DNA of 64,000 nt from NCBI GenBank assembly GCA_965237805.1, contig OZ250153.1:1013816-1077815 (forward strand), in the 5' to 3' direction. Below the pieces are notes generated by a model that saw only the letters and a program-made list of their open reading frames with translations, did not search any database and had not been told where the DNA came from. Numbering within the stretch: the stretch's first letter is position 1; each line of letters begins with the position of its first letter. This DNA comes from Gammaproteobacteria bacterium (GTDB lineage Bacteria; Pseudomonadota; Gammaproteobacteria; JABABF01). Below are positions 1 to 9,473 of this stretch, one piece after another. The translations under genes were made by a program, and so were the position numbers.

Positions 1-1485
1 CACTGTGCCCCCCTCGTGATCCGACACCGACAGCGGGCCGCAAAAGTGAAACGATGCCGTCTCCTCCATCACGCAGTCCCAATCCCCAGACACCACTGGC
101 AAGTGGTTCACCGACAACTGCAATATTCGTTCCGTGCGGTTCCCCGCGCTGTCCCGAAGCTCCAGCGCCAGCGCGTAACTGTCGCCTGCAAACTCCGCCC
201 CCGCCAGCGCCCACAACCGACCGCTCTCGCTGTCCACCCGGAACAGGCCCTCCTCGGCACCGGCCGCCAAGTGGTAACTCAGCGCACCGCCATCCGGATC
301 CATCCCGCTCAGCCGACCCAGAGAGCGATCTACCGACAGCCGCCTCGGCAGCACCGACACTTGCAGGCCCGCGCCCAACATCGGCCCGCCCAGGTCGCCG
401 ACCTCTCTCACCGCCGCCCGCAGCCGCAACAACACCTCCTTCGCATTCAAATACGGCAGACCCAGCACGACCGACTCCGGCTGCAAGCCAGCACGGTGCG
501 CCGTGTAAACAATGTAGCGACCGATCAGCAGACCGTCATCCGCCCCTACCGCCCCATCTCCCGTCACATCCCACAGCCCCTCCACCGCCGCCACTGGCGC
601 ACGCCGCAGCTTGTCCATCAACACCAACTCCGCATCCAAACTGTCGGTACGACCGTCTTTGTTTACATCCAAATCGCCGCCCGAACCCCGCACCAGCAAC
701 TGCACCTGCGCTGGTGCCAACGCCGCGCCGCCCACCTGCTCCACCGTCAACTCCACGCTCCCATGTAGTGCGTCCTGATCGTGCAACACCGCCGTCAACT
801 CCACGCTCAGCGTGCCGTAGGCACCACCGATCAAAGTCGTCTCGCCAACTATCCCCCCGTGGAAGGATGGTGTCGTCCCAGTGGATGTCACCTTCTGCGA
901 CACCCGTACCCGGTAACTGCCATCCACCTCCACCACGCAGGGCAGGGTCGCAGCGCGCAAATGGCACGTCGCGTCCCCCGCCACCGCATGCACCGCCAGC
1001 TTCACCGTCGAGCGCTCGCCATGCCCCACACGACCACCCATCACCACCACCAGCAAACGCTCCGCCGTCACATCCACCGCTGGCCCCCTCGCCGCCGACA
1101 ACCAGCCGCCCAAGGACACCGAAAACTCCCCCGCACCGCCATCGCTGGTCGGCCAATAGCGCAACTGCAAGCGCGCCATATGCGGCGCTCCGGTCAACGC
1201 TTCCAACTGCACGCCGGACACTCGACCCCGATCCACCTGCACCGACAGGCTGGGAGCCAACGCGGCTATATCCACCGACGTATCCACGTCGCCTGAAGCG
1301 TCAGATACCCACAACTTCCAACTCAGCAGTGCGCCGCCCAACTCGCGCGACGCTGTCTCCTGTGCGCTGAACTCCGCCGATAACTGCAAGGCAGGCGGCG
1401 CTGCCCACGCCCCATTCACCAGTAGCGGAGACGGCAACAGCACAGCTAGCACAGCCAGCACAAGACCCACTCGAAGCACAGACAT
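1..1485 (-). CDS. secreted protein with dockerin-like Ca-binding repeats and a cadherin-like domain (partial; 3' end beyond window start)
   Basis: Hand translation of minus strand from ATG (complement 1485..1483) is open to position 1. N-terminus MSVLRVGLVLAVLAVLLPSPLLVNGAWA|AP is a signal peptide. Two dockerin/EF-hand-like repeats (DLDVNKDGRTDSLDAELVLMDKL and DVTGDGAVGADDGLLIGRYIV) and a cadherin-like motif (DPDGGALSYHLAAGAEEGLFRVDSESGRLWAL). Not listed in the ORF track, probably because it is open at the window edge. Confidence 0.6.
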   Translation of the reverse strand, partial: MSVLRVGLVLAVLAVLLPSPLLVNGAWAAPPALQLSAEFSAQETASRELGGALLSWKLWVSDASGDVDTSVDIAALAPSLSVQVDRGRVSGVQLEALTGAPHMARLQLRYWPTSDGGAGEFSVSLGGWLSAARGPAVDVTAERLLVVVMGGRVGHGERSTVKLAVHAVAGDATCHLRAATLPCVVEVDGSYRVRVSQKVTSTGTTPSFHGGIVGETTLIGGAYGTLSVELTAVLHDQDALHGSVELTVEQVGGAALAPAQVQLLVRGSGGDLDVNKDGRTDSLDAELVLMDKLRRAPVAAVEGLWDVTGDGAVGADDGLLIGRYIVYTAHRAGLQPESVVLGLPYLNAKEVLLRLRAAVREVGDLGGPMLGAGLQVSVLPRRLSVDRSLGRLSGMDPDGGALSYHLAAGAEEGLFRVDSESGRLWALAGAEFAGDSYALALELRDSAGNRTERILQLSVNHLPVVSGDWDCVMEETASFHFCGPLSVSDHEGGTV

Positions 1486-2037
1486 CGTCTGCAAAACCAA
1501 TCTCAATACTTAGCGCGGGAACACCGCGCCACGGAGATCCTCACAGTCACTGGCAGACACAACGACCAGCCAGCTCCATGCCGCTCCGCGACTTAGGCGG
1601 CCAGACCGCATGGCTTTGGGACATACATAATATGCCGTGATCCCCCCAAAAAATCTATTTACTATAACACCACACCGTGGACCATACAAGCGACAATGTG
1701 AAGAATGATCGCATAGCGGCATGCCGCAAAATTCTATATTGCAAGGTGTGGCAAAGCAGCTGTAGCGAGGAGTCGCCTCAGGGGCGGAACAACTCTAACC
1801 AAACAATGTGGTGCCTTGTCAAAGCCATTCTTCGCGCCAAGCTTGGCCTTAGCTTGAGGCAACCGACCCCCTTAAAGGAGGCATCATCAAGGATCGTGAC
1901 GGCAACATTTCAACACCAATTGACATGCTAACATAGCGTGGATGCGGTCAATAGCACCAAGCAATTATGGGAAGATTGGCAACAACTCTGCCAGCGCTCA
2001 GGGGCGCGGCGTGACTGCCGCCCTGCCGCAGGACACC

Positions 2038-3306
2038 ATGGCGTTGCGGCAGCTGGAAGCAGAGTTAAGCGCGTCGTATGTAGCGTGGCGACAACGCGGC
2101 CTCAAGCTGGACTTGACACGCGGCAGGCCCGGACCGGAACAAGTCGCCTTGGCCTCGGCGCTGGACGGTGTGCTGGGTGGCGATTTTTGCACCGAGAGCG
2201 GCACCGATACCCGCGGTTACGGCGGTTTGCTCGGCATTCCCGAAGCGCGACGCCTATTGGGCGAGCTGTTGCAGGCACCCCCCGAGCAGAGTTTGGTCGG
2301 CGGCAACAGCAGCTTGGAGCTGATGTATCGTTGCCTCAGTTTCGCCTATCTGCACGGCATCGGCAACCAGCCACCATGGCGCGAGCAGGGGACGGTGCGC
2401 TTCCTGTGTCTGACACCGGGCTACGATCGCCATTTCCGCATCTGCGAGGCATTGGGCATTGAGATGACAGCCGTGCCTTTGGGCGCGGCAGGTCCCGACA
2501 TGGATGTCGTCGATGAAGCCGTCGCCGACCCAGCGGTGAAGGGCATCTGGTGCGTACCGCGCTTCTCCAACCCCTCTGGCATATGCTACAGCGAGGAGAC
2601 CGTGGTGCGCATGGCTCGGCTCGGGCAACGCGCGGCCCCGGATTTCCGCCTGTTCTGGGATCTGGCCTACGCCATACACGCTTTCTCCCCAGACGCACCC
2701 GAGCCACCCTCGGGACTGCTCGGCTTGTGCAGCCAAGCTGGCACCGAGGACAGCGCACTGCTGTTTGGCTCCACCTCGAAAATCAGCTTCGCCAGCGGCG
2801 GGGTGGCAGCCTTGGCCAGCTCGGCAGGCAACCTCGAGTGGTTCAGCCGCCACTTGGCGGTGACCACCGTGGGACCAGACAAAGTCAACCAGCTGCGCCA
2901 CACACGGCTCTTCCCAAACCTCGATGCCCTGCGCGAGCATATGCGCGGCCACGCCGCCCTGTTGCGCCCGCGCTTCGCCGCCGTGGACAGCGTGTTGAGC
3001 GCCGAATTGGGCGATCGGGAGCAGAGCCCCTACGGACGCTGGAATGCACCGTGCGGCGGATACTTCGTACTATTCAACACACTCCCCGGCTTGGCCACCA
3101 CCGTGATCCAGCTGGCCGCCGAGGCGGGCCTCGCGCTGACACCGGCCGGTGCTACATGGCCGCTGGGCTTAGATCCGGCCGACAGCGACATCCGCATCGC
3201 TCCCACCGTGCCGAGCATCGCCGAACTCGAGCAAGCCATGGCGCTGTTCGCAAACTGCGTGCGCCTCGCCACCGTGCGGGCGGCGCTGGCCGAGCGCGGC
3301 GGCTGA
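2038..3306 (+). CDS. PLP-dependent aminotransferase (class I/II fold, aspartate-aminotransferase-like family)
   Basis: ORF 1942..3306, trimmed to the M at 2038 (MALRQLEAELSASYVAWRQRGLKLDLTRGRPGPEQV matches aminotransferase N-termini). Contains STSK with the PLP-lysine context. Confidence 0.75.
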   Translation: MALRQLEAELSASYVAWRQRGLKLDLTRGRPGPEQVALASALDGVLGGDFCTESGTDTRGYGGLLGIPEARRLLGELLQAPPEQSLVGGNSSLELMYRCLSFAYLHGIGNQPPWREQGTVRFLCLTPGYDRHFRICEALGIEMTAVPLGAAGPDMDVVDEAVADPAVKGIWCVPRFSNPSGICYSEETVVRMARLGQRAAPDFRLFWDLAYAIHAFSPDAPEPPSGLLGLCSQAGTEDSALLFGSTSKISFASGGVAALASSAGNLEWFSRHLAVTTVGPDKVNQLRHTRLFPNLDALREHMRGHAALLRPRFAAVDSVLSAELGDREQSPYGRWNAPCGGYFVLFNTLPGLATTVIQLAAEAGLALTPAGATWPLGLDPADSDIRIAPTVPSIAELEQAMALFANCVRLATVRAALAERGG

Positions 3307-3369
3307 GCGCCATCTCAACAAGACCAGCCAAACCGAATCATTGCGCCGATGCGGGGCGCGCAAGCTGGC

Positions 3370-3747
3370 TCAGTTGTTGCCATCCCGATTCGGCAGCTTG
3401 GACAGTGAGCTCGGCAAGGGCAAGCGGGTGATATTACTCTGATCGCTATTCTTGCCATCGGTGATGCGGGCAGTGCCGCGACGCTCGACCTCGTCGATGC
3501 GCAATACCGATGCGATCGGCAGGAAAACCCGCCCCACATCTTGAAATTCGGCTCGCAAACGCTCCTCAGAAGTATCGACAATCGTGCGGCCGCGCTCACC
3601 GAATAAAAACTCCTCCACTTCGATGAAGCCGTAGAGGTCGCTCTGGTAAACCCCGCGCACATAGACCTCGTAGACTCGACCCTGTTGCGCGAACAGTACG
3701 CGGTAGACGGGGTTGGGTTCTTTTTTCTTGCTACGGCTTTCAGCCAT
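3370..3747 (-). CDS. DUF1820 family conserved hypothetical protein
   Basis: MAESRSKKKEPNPVYRVLFAQQGRVYEVYVRGVYQSDLYGFIEVEEFLFGE... is typical of the DUF1820 family as I recall it. Confidence 0.55.
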   Translation of the reverse strand: MAESRSKKKEPNPVYRVLFAQQGRVYEVYVRGVYQSDLYGFIEVEEFLFGERGRTIVDTSEERLRAEFQDVGRVFLPIASVLRIDEVERRGTARITDGKNSDQSNITRLPLPSSLSKLPNRDGNN

Positions 3748-3884
3748 CTTGCAATGCACTCCGGCGAGTTAAGGATTTGACACTGCGGCACCCCGCCGCC
3801 ACTACAGACTCTCTGAAGCCTGCGGCAAGGCGGCAATAACGCACCGCAACACCGTTGAATTCTAGCACAAAGCGGCGCTTGAGT

Positions 3885-4310
3885 TCAGCCGCTCATCGAC
3901 GCGTGGTGGATGAATTGCACCGAGCTGCCATCCGGGGCGCAGCAATAAAAACTGCGTGCCCCGTCGCGGTGAGTGGCGGGTGGCTTCAGCAGTTGCACAC
4001 CGGCCGCGCACAGATAATCGTGCCAGCAATCCACGGCCTCAGCACTGACCATGGCGAAGCCGATATGATCCAAGGCTCCGGGCGGAACCGCCCCCCGCCG
4101 CCGGTGCAGGGCCAGATTGTCGCTACCCGAACACAGATAGGCATTGTCCTCGTCAGGACGCCATTCCACCGCCATGCCCACCAAGCGCGTGAAGAAGTCC
4201 AGCGTCGCCTCGTAGGCATCATCGGACACATAGAGAGCGACATGTCGCAGACCCAGTAGCCCCCCGGGGCGGGACGCCCCCAGCTCAGCGGGTACCGTGC
4301 GCGCGCTCAC
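3885..4310 (-). CDS. VOC family (glyoxalase/bleomycin-resistance/dioxygenase fold) protein
   Basis: LRHVALYVSDDAYEATLDFFTRLVGMAV... HIGFAMVSAEAVD pattern of the VOC fold. The true start may lie downstream of the listed M. Confidence 0.6.
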   Translation of the reverse strand: MSARTVPAELGASRPGGLLGLRHVALYVSDDAYEATLDFFTRLVGMAVEWRPDEDNAYLCSGSDNLALHRRRGAVPPGALDHIGFAMVSAEAVDCWHDYLCAAGVQLLKPPATHRDGARSFYCCAPDGSSVQFIHHASMSG

Positions 4311-4726
4311 TCAGCCACCAGCTCGTAGGAGTGGCTGATCGCAACACCAGCCGCCGCGAGCATGATGGAGGCTGAGCAATAGCGCGTGGCCGATAGCTCC
4401 ACGGCACGGGCCACGCGATCCTCGCGCAACGCCTTGCCACGCACCGAGAAATGCATGCGCAATGCGGTAAACACCGCCGGTTCGGCCTCCGCACGTTCGG
4501 CCTCGATGCGCAGCTCGCAAGCGCTGACCTGTTGGCGCGAACGGCGCAGGATGTGGACGATGTCAAAGGCGGCACAACCGCCGACACCAAGCAACAGCGT
4601 CTCCATCGGTCGCGGACCTCGATTCTCACCGCCGTGGGTGGGCGGCCCGTCCATGCGCAACGTGTGTCCACTACCGCTCTCGCCCTCGAAGCAGGCTGCA
4701 CCGCGCCAGTGCACGGTGGCACTCAT
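4307..4726 (-). CDS. OsmC/Ohr family protein
   Basis: MSATVHWRGAACFEGESGSG...PMETLLLGVGGCAAFDIVHIL is the OsmC-family signature. Start chosen at MSATVHW. Confidence 0.7.
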   Translation of the reverse strand: MSATVHWRGAACFEGESGSGHTLRMDGPPTHGGENRGPRPMETLLLGVGGCAAFDIVHILRRSRQQVSACELRIEAERAEAEPAVFTALRMHFSVRGKALREDRVARAVELSATRYCSASIMLAAAGVAISHSYELVAE

Positions 4727-4831
4727 CGTCTCGCCCATCGCTCCTCCGCCCGGCACCTCAAGTTCAGTCGAGCATAGCGCAAAGCGGGCAGAAGTGTCGG
4801 CAAACCGTCCCCAAGCCTGCGCAGCCTAGGC

Positions 4832-5659
4832 TCAAGCAGGCCCCAAGTTGTCACCGAACAATGCATGCAGGGCATCCCCCGGCATCTCGGCACGCATCAG
4901 CGCTTCACCGACCAAAAAGCAATGTACCTCGCGGGAGCGCATGGCGACGACATCTGCCACTTTGGCAATGCCGCTCTCGGTCACCGCCAATCGCCCCGGC
5001 GGCAAATGCGGTAGCAGCTCCCAGGTGGTTTCGAGCCGGATCTGAAAATTGCTCAGATCGCGGTTGTTGATGCCGATCAACGGTGTCTCAACACCATGAG
5101 CAACGGACATCTCAGCTGCGCTGTGCACCTCCAACAATACATCGAGGCCGAGCTCCGCGGCGTGCGAAGCCAACGCTGCCAGCCGCTCCGGCATGTCAGT
5201 GAAGGCCGCGGCAATCAGTAGCACACAGTCGGCACCCAAGGCACAACTCTCGTAGAGCTGATACTCGTCGACGATGAAATCCTTGCGCAACACCGGCAAC
5301 GCCGTGGCGGCGCGCGCCTGCTCAAGATGCGTGTTGGCACCGTGGAAGAAGTGCTCATCCGTCAACACCGACAGCGCCGCCGCGCCGTGCGCCTCATAGT
5401 CGGCGGCGATGGCGGCGGGCCGGTAATCCTCCCGCAACACTCCAACGCTGGGCGAAGCCCGCTTCAGTTCGGCGATGACCCCCACCGCGCCAACCTCCAG
5501 TCGTTGCCGCAAGGCATCGGCGAAGGGGCGGCGGTCACGGCGGCGCGCCGCCCGACGCTCCAACGCAGCCCGCGGCTCAGCGGCGGTGCGGGCGGCAACT
5601 TCGCGGCGCTTGTGCGCGATAATGCGCGCCAACATACCGTCCGGCGGGGCGGCGGTCAT
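4832..5659 (-). CDS. trpC: indole-3-glycerol phosphate synthase
   Basis: Translation matches IGPS throughout (GVIAELKRASPSVG, LPVLRKDFIVDEYQ, INNRDL). The ATG overlaps the trpD stop (ATGA). Confidence 0.9.
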   Translation of the reverse strand: MTAAPPDGMLARIIAHKRREVAARTAAEPRAALERRAARRRDRRPFADALRQRLEVGAVGVIAELKRASPSVGVLREDYRPAAIAADYEAHGAAALSVLTDEHFFHGANTHLEQARAATALPVLRKDFIVDEYQLYESCALGADCVLLIAAAFTDMPERLAALASHAAELGLDVLLEVHSAAEMSVAHGVETPLIGINNRDLSNFQIRLETTWELLPHLPPGRLAVTESGIAKVADVVAMRSREVHCFLVGEALMRAEMPGDALHALFGDNLGPA

Positions 5660-6714
5660 GCGTCCTCGGTGCTGTCCTCTGCCAGCACCCGCGTAAAAGC
5701 CGTCAACTCGCGCAGCTTCTCGGCCGCTTGGCCGGTGGCAAGCAGATCCCGCGCCAATTCGCAACCCAGCGCCATGCTGTCCGTGATGCCGCCCAGATAG
5801 AGCGCCGCGCCACCGTTCAGCGCCAAGATCTCGGCGGCATCCGATGCCTTGCCCGCCAGTGCGGCACGCAGCAACTGAGCACTGTGAGCCGGGTCGCGCA
5901 CCGTCAAAGCAGCCAGCGAGGCCCCCTCGCAACCCAGTGCCTCCGGGCGCAACTCGTATTCGCGAATGTCGCCATCGTCGCACAATTCGGCCACCGCTGT
6001 CGGTGCGGCGGAGCTGATCTCATCCAAACCATCGTGCGAATGGACGACCAAAGCGCGCTCCGCACCCAGCTCGCGCAACACCTCGGCCATCGGCACCAGC
6101 CAACGCGCCGCGAAGACTCCCACCAGCTGGCGCCGCGCACCGGCCGGGTTGGATAGCGGGCCGATCAAATTGAACACCGTGCGCAATCCCAGTGCGCGCC
6201 GCACCGCGCCGACATGGCGCATCGCACCGTGGTGGTGCGGCGCAAACAAGAAGCCGACACCGACTCCCTCTATGCAACGCGCCACCTGAGCGGGACTCAA
6301 AGTCAAATGCACCCCCAGCGCCTCCAGCACATCGGCGCTACCACTGTTGCCACTGGCGGCGCGGTTGCCGTGCTTGGCGACAAAAGCGCCGCCAGCCGCC
6401 GCCACCAGCGCCGCACCGGTCGACACATTGAACAGCTGGGCACCATCCCCACCAGTGCCGCAAGTATCCAGCAAAGGACCTGGCACATCGACTTGCACCG
6501 TGGTCATCAGACGGCGCAGCTCCAACGCCGCCGCCGCGATCTCTGCTGGCACCTCGCCTTTGATGGACAGTGCTGTCAGCAGGCCGCCCAGTGGCACCGG
6601 ATCGGCCTCGCCCGCCATGATCTCCCGCATCACCGTCGCCATCTGCTCGCGTGACAAGTCGGCACCACCCGCCACCCGTGCCAGTGCATCCTGCAGACTG
6701 TAGGCCGCTGCCAT
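5656..6714 (-). CDS. trpD: anthranilate phosphoribosyltransferase
   Basis: Matches TrpD (LLDTCGTGGDGAQLFNVSTGAALVAAAGG, KHGNRAASGNSGSADVLEALG). Start at MAAAYSLQDAL. Confidence 0.9.
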   Translation of the reverse strand: MAAAYSLQDALARVAGGADLSREQMATVMREIMAGEADPVPLGGLLTALSIKGEVPAEIAAAALELRRLMTTVQVDVPGPLLDTCGTGGDGAQLFNVSTGAALVAAAGGAFVAKHGNRAASGNSGSADVLEALGVHLTLSPAQVARCIEGVGVGFLFAPHHHGAMRHVGAVRRALGLRTVFNLIGPLSNPAGARRQLVGVFAARWLVPMAEVLRELGAERALVVHSHDGLDEISSAAPTAVAELCDDGDIREYELRPEALGCEGASLAALTVRDPAHSAQLLRAALAGKASDAAEILALNGGAALYLGGITDSMALGCELARDLLATGQAAEKLRELTAFTRVLAEDSTEDA

Positions 6715-6725
6715 CGCGCCCCGCC

Positions 6726-7322
6726 TCAGTGTGCCGACACGGCAGGCAGGGTGTCGAGGAAATTGCGCAACATCGCGTGGCCCCATTCGCTGGCGATCGA
6801 TTCGGGATGGAATTGCACGCCCTCCATCGGTAACTCCCGATGGCGCAAGCCCATGATCTCGTCGACATCGCCGTCTTCGTCACAAGTCCAAGCGCTGATC
6901 TCCAGACAGTCTGGCAGCCCCTCGTGCGCCACCACCAAAGAGTGGTAGCGAGCAGCTGTGAATGGACTCGGCAACCCCCGGAAGACACCGCGGCCATCGT
7001 GGCACACCTCCGAGGTCTTGCCATGCATGACACGGCGTGCGCGCACCACACGCCCGCCCAGCGCTTGGCCGATGCTCTGGAGACCGAGGCAGATGCCGAA
7101 CAGTGGCAGCTGACCGCTGTGGCGCACCGCCGCCATTGAGACCCCCGCCTCGTTCGGCGTGCAAGGTCCCGGCGAGAGCACAAGGCCGCGTGGCGCACGG
7201 TGCCGGATATCCTCCACTTCTATGGCATCGTTGCGCACCACCTCAACTTCAGCACCCAGCTCCTCCAAGTACTGAACGATGTTGTAGGTAAAAGAATCGT
7301 AGTTGTCGATGACTAGCAGCAT
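6726..7322 (-). CDS. trpG: anthranilate synthase component II (glutamine amidotransferase)
   Basis: [19 protein letters not shown]...[12 protein letters not shown]...HPES is class-I GATase. Operon context with trpD/trpC argues for trpG rather than pabA. Confidence 0.85.
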   Translation of the reverse strand: MLLVIDNYDSFTYNIVQYLEELGAEVEVVRNDAIEVEDIRHRAPRGLVLSPGPCTPNEAGVSMAAVRHSGQLPLFGICLGLQSIGQALGGRVVRARRVMHGKTSEVCHDGRGVFRGLPSPFTAARYHSLVVAHEGLPDCLEISAWTCDEDGDVDEIMGLRHRELPMEGVQFHPESIASEWGHAMLRNFLDTLPAVSAH

Positions 7323-7374
7323 GGTGCCCTCCAGCCCGCGTAGCGCTCAAAGTGCGGGACGATGGGGTGGCTCT

Positions 7375-7386
7375 AGTGTAGCGCCC
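7375..7386. promoter_or_regulatory. 12-mer AGTGTAGCGCCC, copy 1 (minus-strand reading GGGCGCTACACT; candidate -10/operator 45 bp upstream of trpG ATG)
   Basis: Exact 12-mer repeated at 7687..7698. On the minus strand, TACACT is a -10-like hexamer followed by GGAGGG SD and the trpG ATG. Flanked by CTAG on both sides. Confidence 0.3.
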
Positions 7387-7686
7387 TAGGCAATGGCAGT
7401 GGTGACGGCGCAAGCGGGCAAGCGCCTCTGCCCAAATCGAGCCCCACTTCTCAAATGATGGAGCGGATAGCTCGTTTGATGCTGGTTGACGCGATCAAGC
7501 TGATCTGCAGCTATCAACCAATCTGCCGTCACAAGTCGAGCAACATCTCAACTGCTCCCCAGCTCCCGTCGCACCACCGCAACCGCCTTGCTGGGTGCCT
7601 GTGAATATCGCATGATCTGTGGATGAATGCGGTGACCGATGATCGGCACCGTCGATCTCAGGCGGGTGGAACGGTAGCCAGCGCAA

Positions 7687-7698
7687 AGTGTAGCGCCC
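7687..7698. promoter_or_regulatory. 12-mer AGTGTAGCGCCC, copy 2 (just downstream of trpE stop)
   Basis: Identical to 7375..7386. A related GCGCTACAAT lies upstream of trpE at 9431..9443 (minus-strand reading). Confidence 0.25.
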
Positions 7699-7728
7699 CG
7701 TCAAGCGGCCACGGGCGGGGGACGCGAC

Positions 7729-9216
7729 TCAGCTGGCGGCGCTGCGAGCCATGGCCACGGCACGCAGCATCACGCGAGCCTTGCTCGCGGTCTCCTCCCA
7801 TTCCAGTGCTGGCACCGAATCGGCAACGATGCCGCCACCGGCCTGTGCGAAGACGGTGCCATCCTTGACCACCGCCGTGCGAATCGCCACCGCCGTGTCC
7901 ATATCGCCCTGCCAAGAGAGGTAGCCAACGGCACCGCCATACATACCGCGCCGCACCGGCTCCAATTCGTCGATGATCTGCATCGCTCGTATTTTGGGTG
8001 CCCCGCTCAGGGTGCCCGCTGGCAGGATGGCGCTCAGCACGTCAAGGGCATCGCTGTCCTCGCGCAGCTGGCCAATCACCGTGGAGACGATGTGCATGAC
8101 ATGCGAATAGCGCTCCACCACCATGTACTCCGACACCGCTACCCGCCCGGGACGTGCGATACGCCCGACATCGTTGCGCCCCAAATCCACCAACATCAAG
8201 TGCTCGGCCACCTCCTTGGGATCGGCCAGCAATTCGAGTTCCAAGGCGCGATCCTCCGCCGCATCCCGCCCGCGTCGTCGGGTTCCTGCGATCGGGCGCG
8301 TCAACACCGTGCCACCGCGGCAACGCGCCAAGCTTTCCGGCGAAGAGCCGACAATGTGGAAATCCCCAAAATCAAAGAAATAGAGATAGGGTGAGGGATT
8401 CAACTGGCGCAGGGCGCGGTAAAAATCCAGCACACTTGCACCGAGCGGCAAGGACAGACGGCGCGAGGGCACCGCCTGCATGATGTCGCCGGCGATGATG
8501 TACTCGCGGATGCGCTCGATACCAGCCTCGTAGACTTCCCTGCCAGTGCCGCAGCGGGCCTCGTCCTCAATCGCCGCATCGGTAGCGACAGCGGCGTCCA
8601 GCGGTGCCAGAGCTGGCCGTGCCACTGTCAGCTGCTGCTCGAGCTCGTCGAGGCGACGGCCAGCGCGATCCCACGCTCCCGACTCCTCCGTGTCCGCGTG
8701 TACCACAAGGCGCAGACGGTCGCGGCGGCGGTCGAAGACCACCAGCTCACGGGCGACGATCAGCAAGGCATCCGGCGTGCCAAGGGGGTGTGCGGCCGGT
8801 GCGGTGACAGCCAGCCGCGGCTCCACATAGCGCAACATATCGTAGGCAAAGTAGCCGGCGAGGCCACCGCAGAACGGCGGTAGATCGGGCAACGCTGGCG
8901 CTTTGTGACAGCTCATCCAGCGGCGTAGTAGCTGCCACGGGTCGCCCTCCCACCGCTCTGCCAGCTCGCCATCTCGATAGCGGTGCAACTCCCCCTTGTC
9001 CACTACCAAAGTATCCCGGGCAGGCAACAACACGATGGAATGATGACCCCAGCGCTCGCCACCGCCGACCGATTCCAGACAACCGGAATTGGGGCCTTGA
9101 GCCAACTGCGCGTACAGCTCGCAGGGTTCGTGCTGCCCGCGGGGCAGGTCGCGGATGCGCGGAACATAGCGAAAGCCTTCGCGAGCCAGCCGTGCGTAGT
9201 CGGCAGCGCTGGTCAT
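7729..9216 (-). CDS. trpE: anthranilate synthase component I
   Basis: Matches TrpE (LESVGGGERWGHHSIV..., GDIMQAVPSRRLS, LNPSPYLYFFDFGDFHIVGSSPE). Start at MTSAADYARL. Confidence 0.9.
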   Translation of the reverse strand: MTSAADYARLAREGFRYVPRIRDLPRGQHEPCELYAQLAQGPNSGCLESVGGGERWGHHSIVLLPARDTLVVDKGELHRYRDGELAERWEGDPWQLLRRWMSCHKAPALPDLPPFCGGLAGYFAYDMLRYVEPRLAVTAPAAHPLGTPDALLIVARELVVFDRRRDRLRLVVHADTEESGAWDRAGRRLDELEQQLTVARPALAPLDAAVATDAAIEDEARCGTGREVYEAGIERIREYIIAGDIMQAVPSRRLSLPLGASVLDFYRALRQLNPSPYLYFFDFGDFHIVGSSPESLARCRGGTVLTRPIAGTRRRGRDAAEDRALELELLADPKEVAEHLMLVDLGRNDVGRIARPGRVAVSEYMVVERYSHVMHIVSTVIGQLREDSDALDVLSAILPAGTLSGAPKIRAMQIIDELEPVRRGMYGGAVGYLSWQGDMDTAVAIRTAVVKDGTVFAQAGGGIVADSVPALEWEETASKARVMLRAVAMARSAAS

Positions 9217-9473
9217 GACAGTACACCGTAGGCGGCATGGAGGGCGGTTCGGCACGCTGAGTGGCCACAGGCACCGGCATCGCGACATTCCCTGATAGGG
9301 GCGCTGACAGACATGGTGGGCATGGCTTCGTCGACGCGGCGAGGATAGTGATCGGTGGCAGAGAGGGTCGGCACCGACCGAGACCAACGGCGTGCGAGAT
9401 GCCGGGAAAGTGACCGAACGGCGCACTAAATTGTAGCGCACAGCGGTGATGGTGCCCTGTAGAATGCTCCACT

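Noticed and set aside
54-1370. 438-aa Pro-rich plus-strand ORF and the 206-aa Gly-rich minus-strand ORF (536..1156) from the track
   Set aside because: Both are wrong-frame artefacts typical of GC-rich DNA. The same interval is fully explained by a verified minus-strand frame with a signal peptide and recognisable domains (feature 1..1485).
1677-1931. 84-aa ORF in the AT-rich intergenic region
   Set aside because: No RBS at proper spacing and odd composition. Treated as part of a regulatory region rather than a gene.
9213-9323. 36-codon upstream ORF (MPTMSVSAPIRECRDAGACGHSACRTALHAAYGVLS) whose TGA overlaps the trpE ATG; considered as a trp leader/attenuator peptide
   Set aside because: It contains no Trp codons and no obvious alternative terminator/antiterminator hairpins. 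In ~68% GC DNA a 36-codon open frame is expected by chance. Mentioned only in the trp finding.
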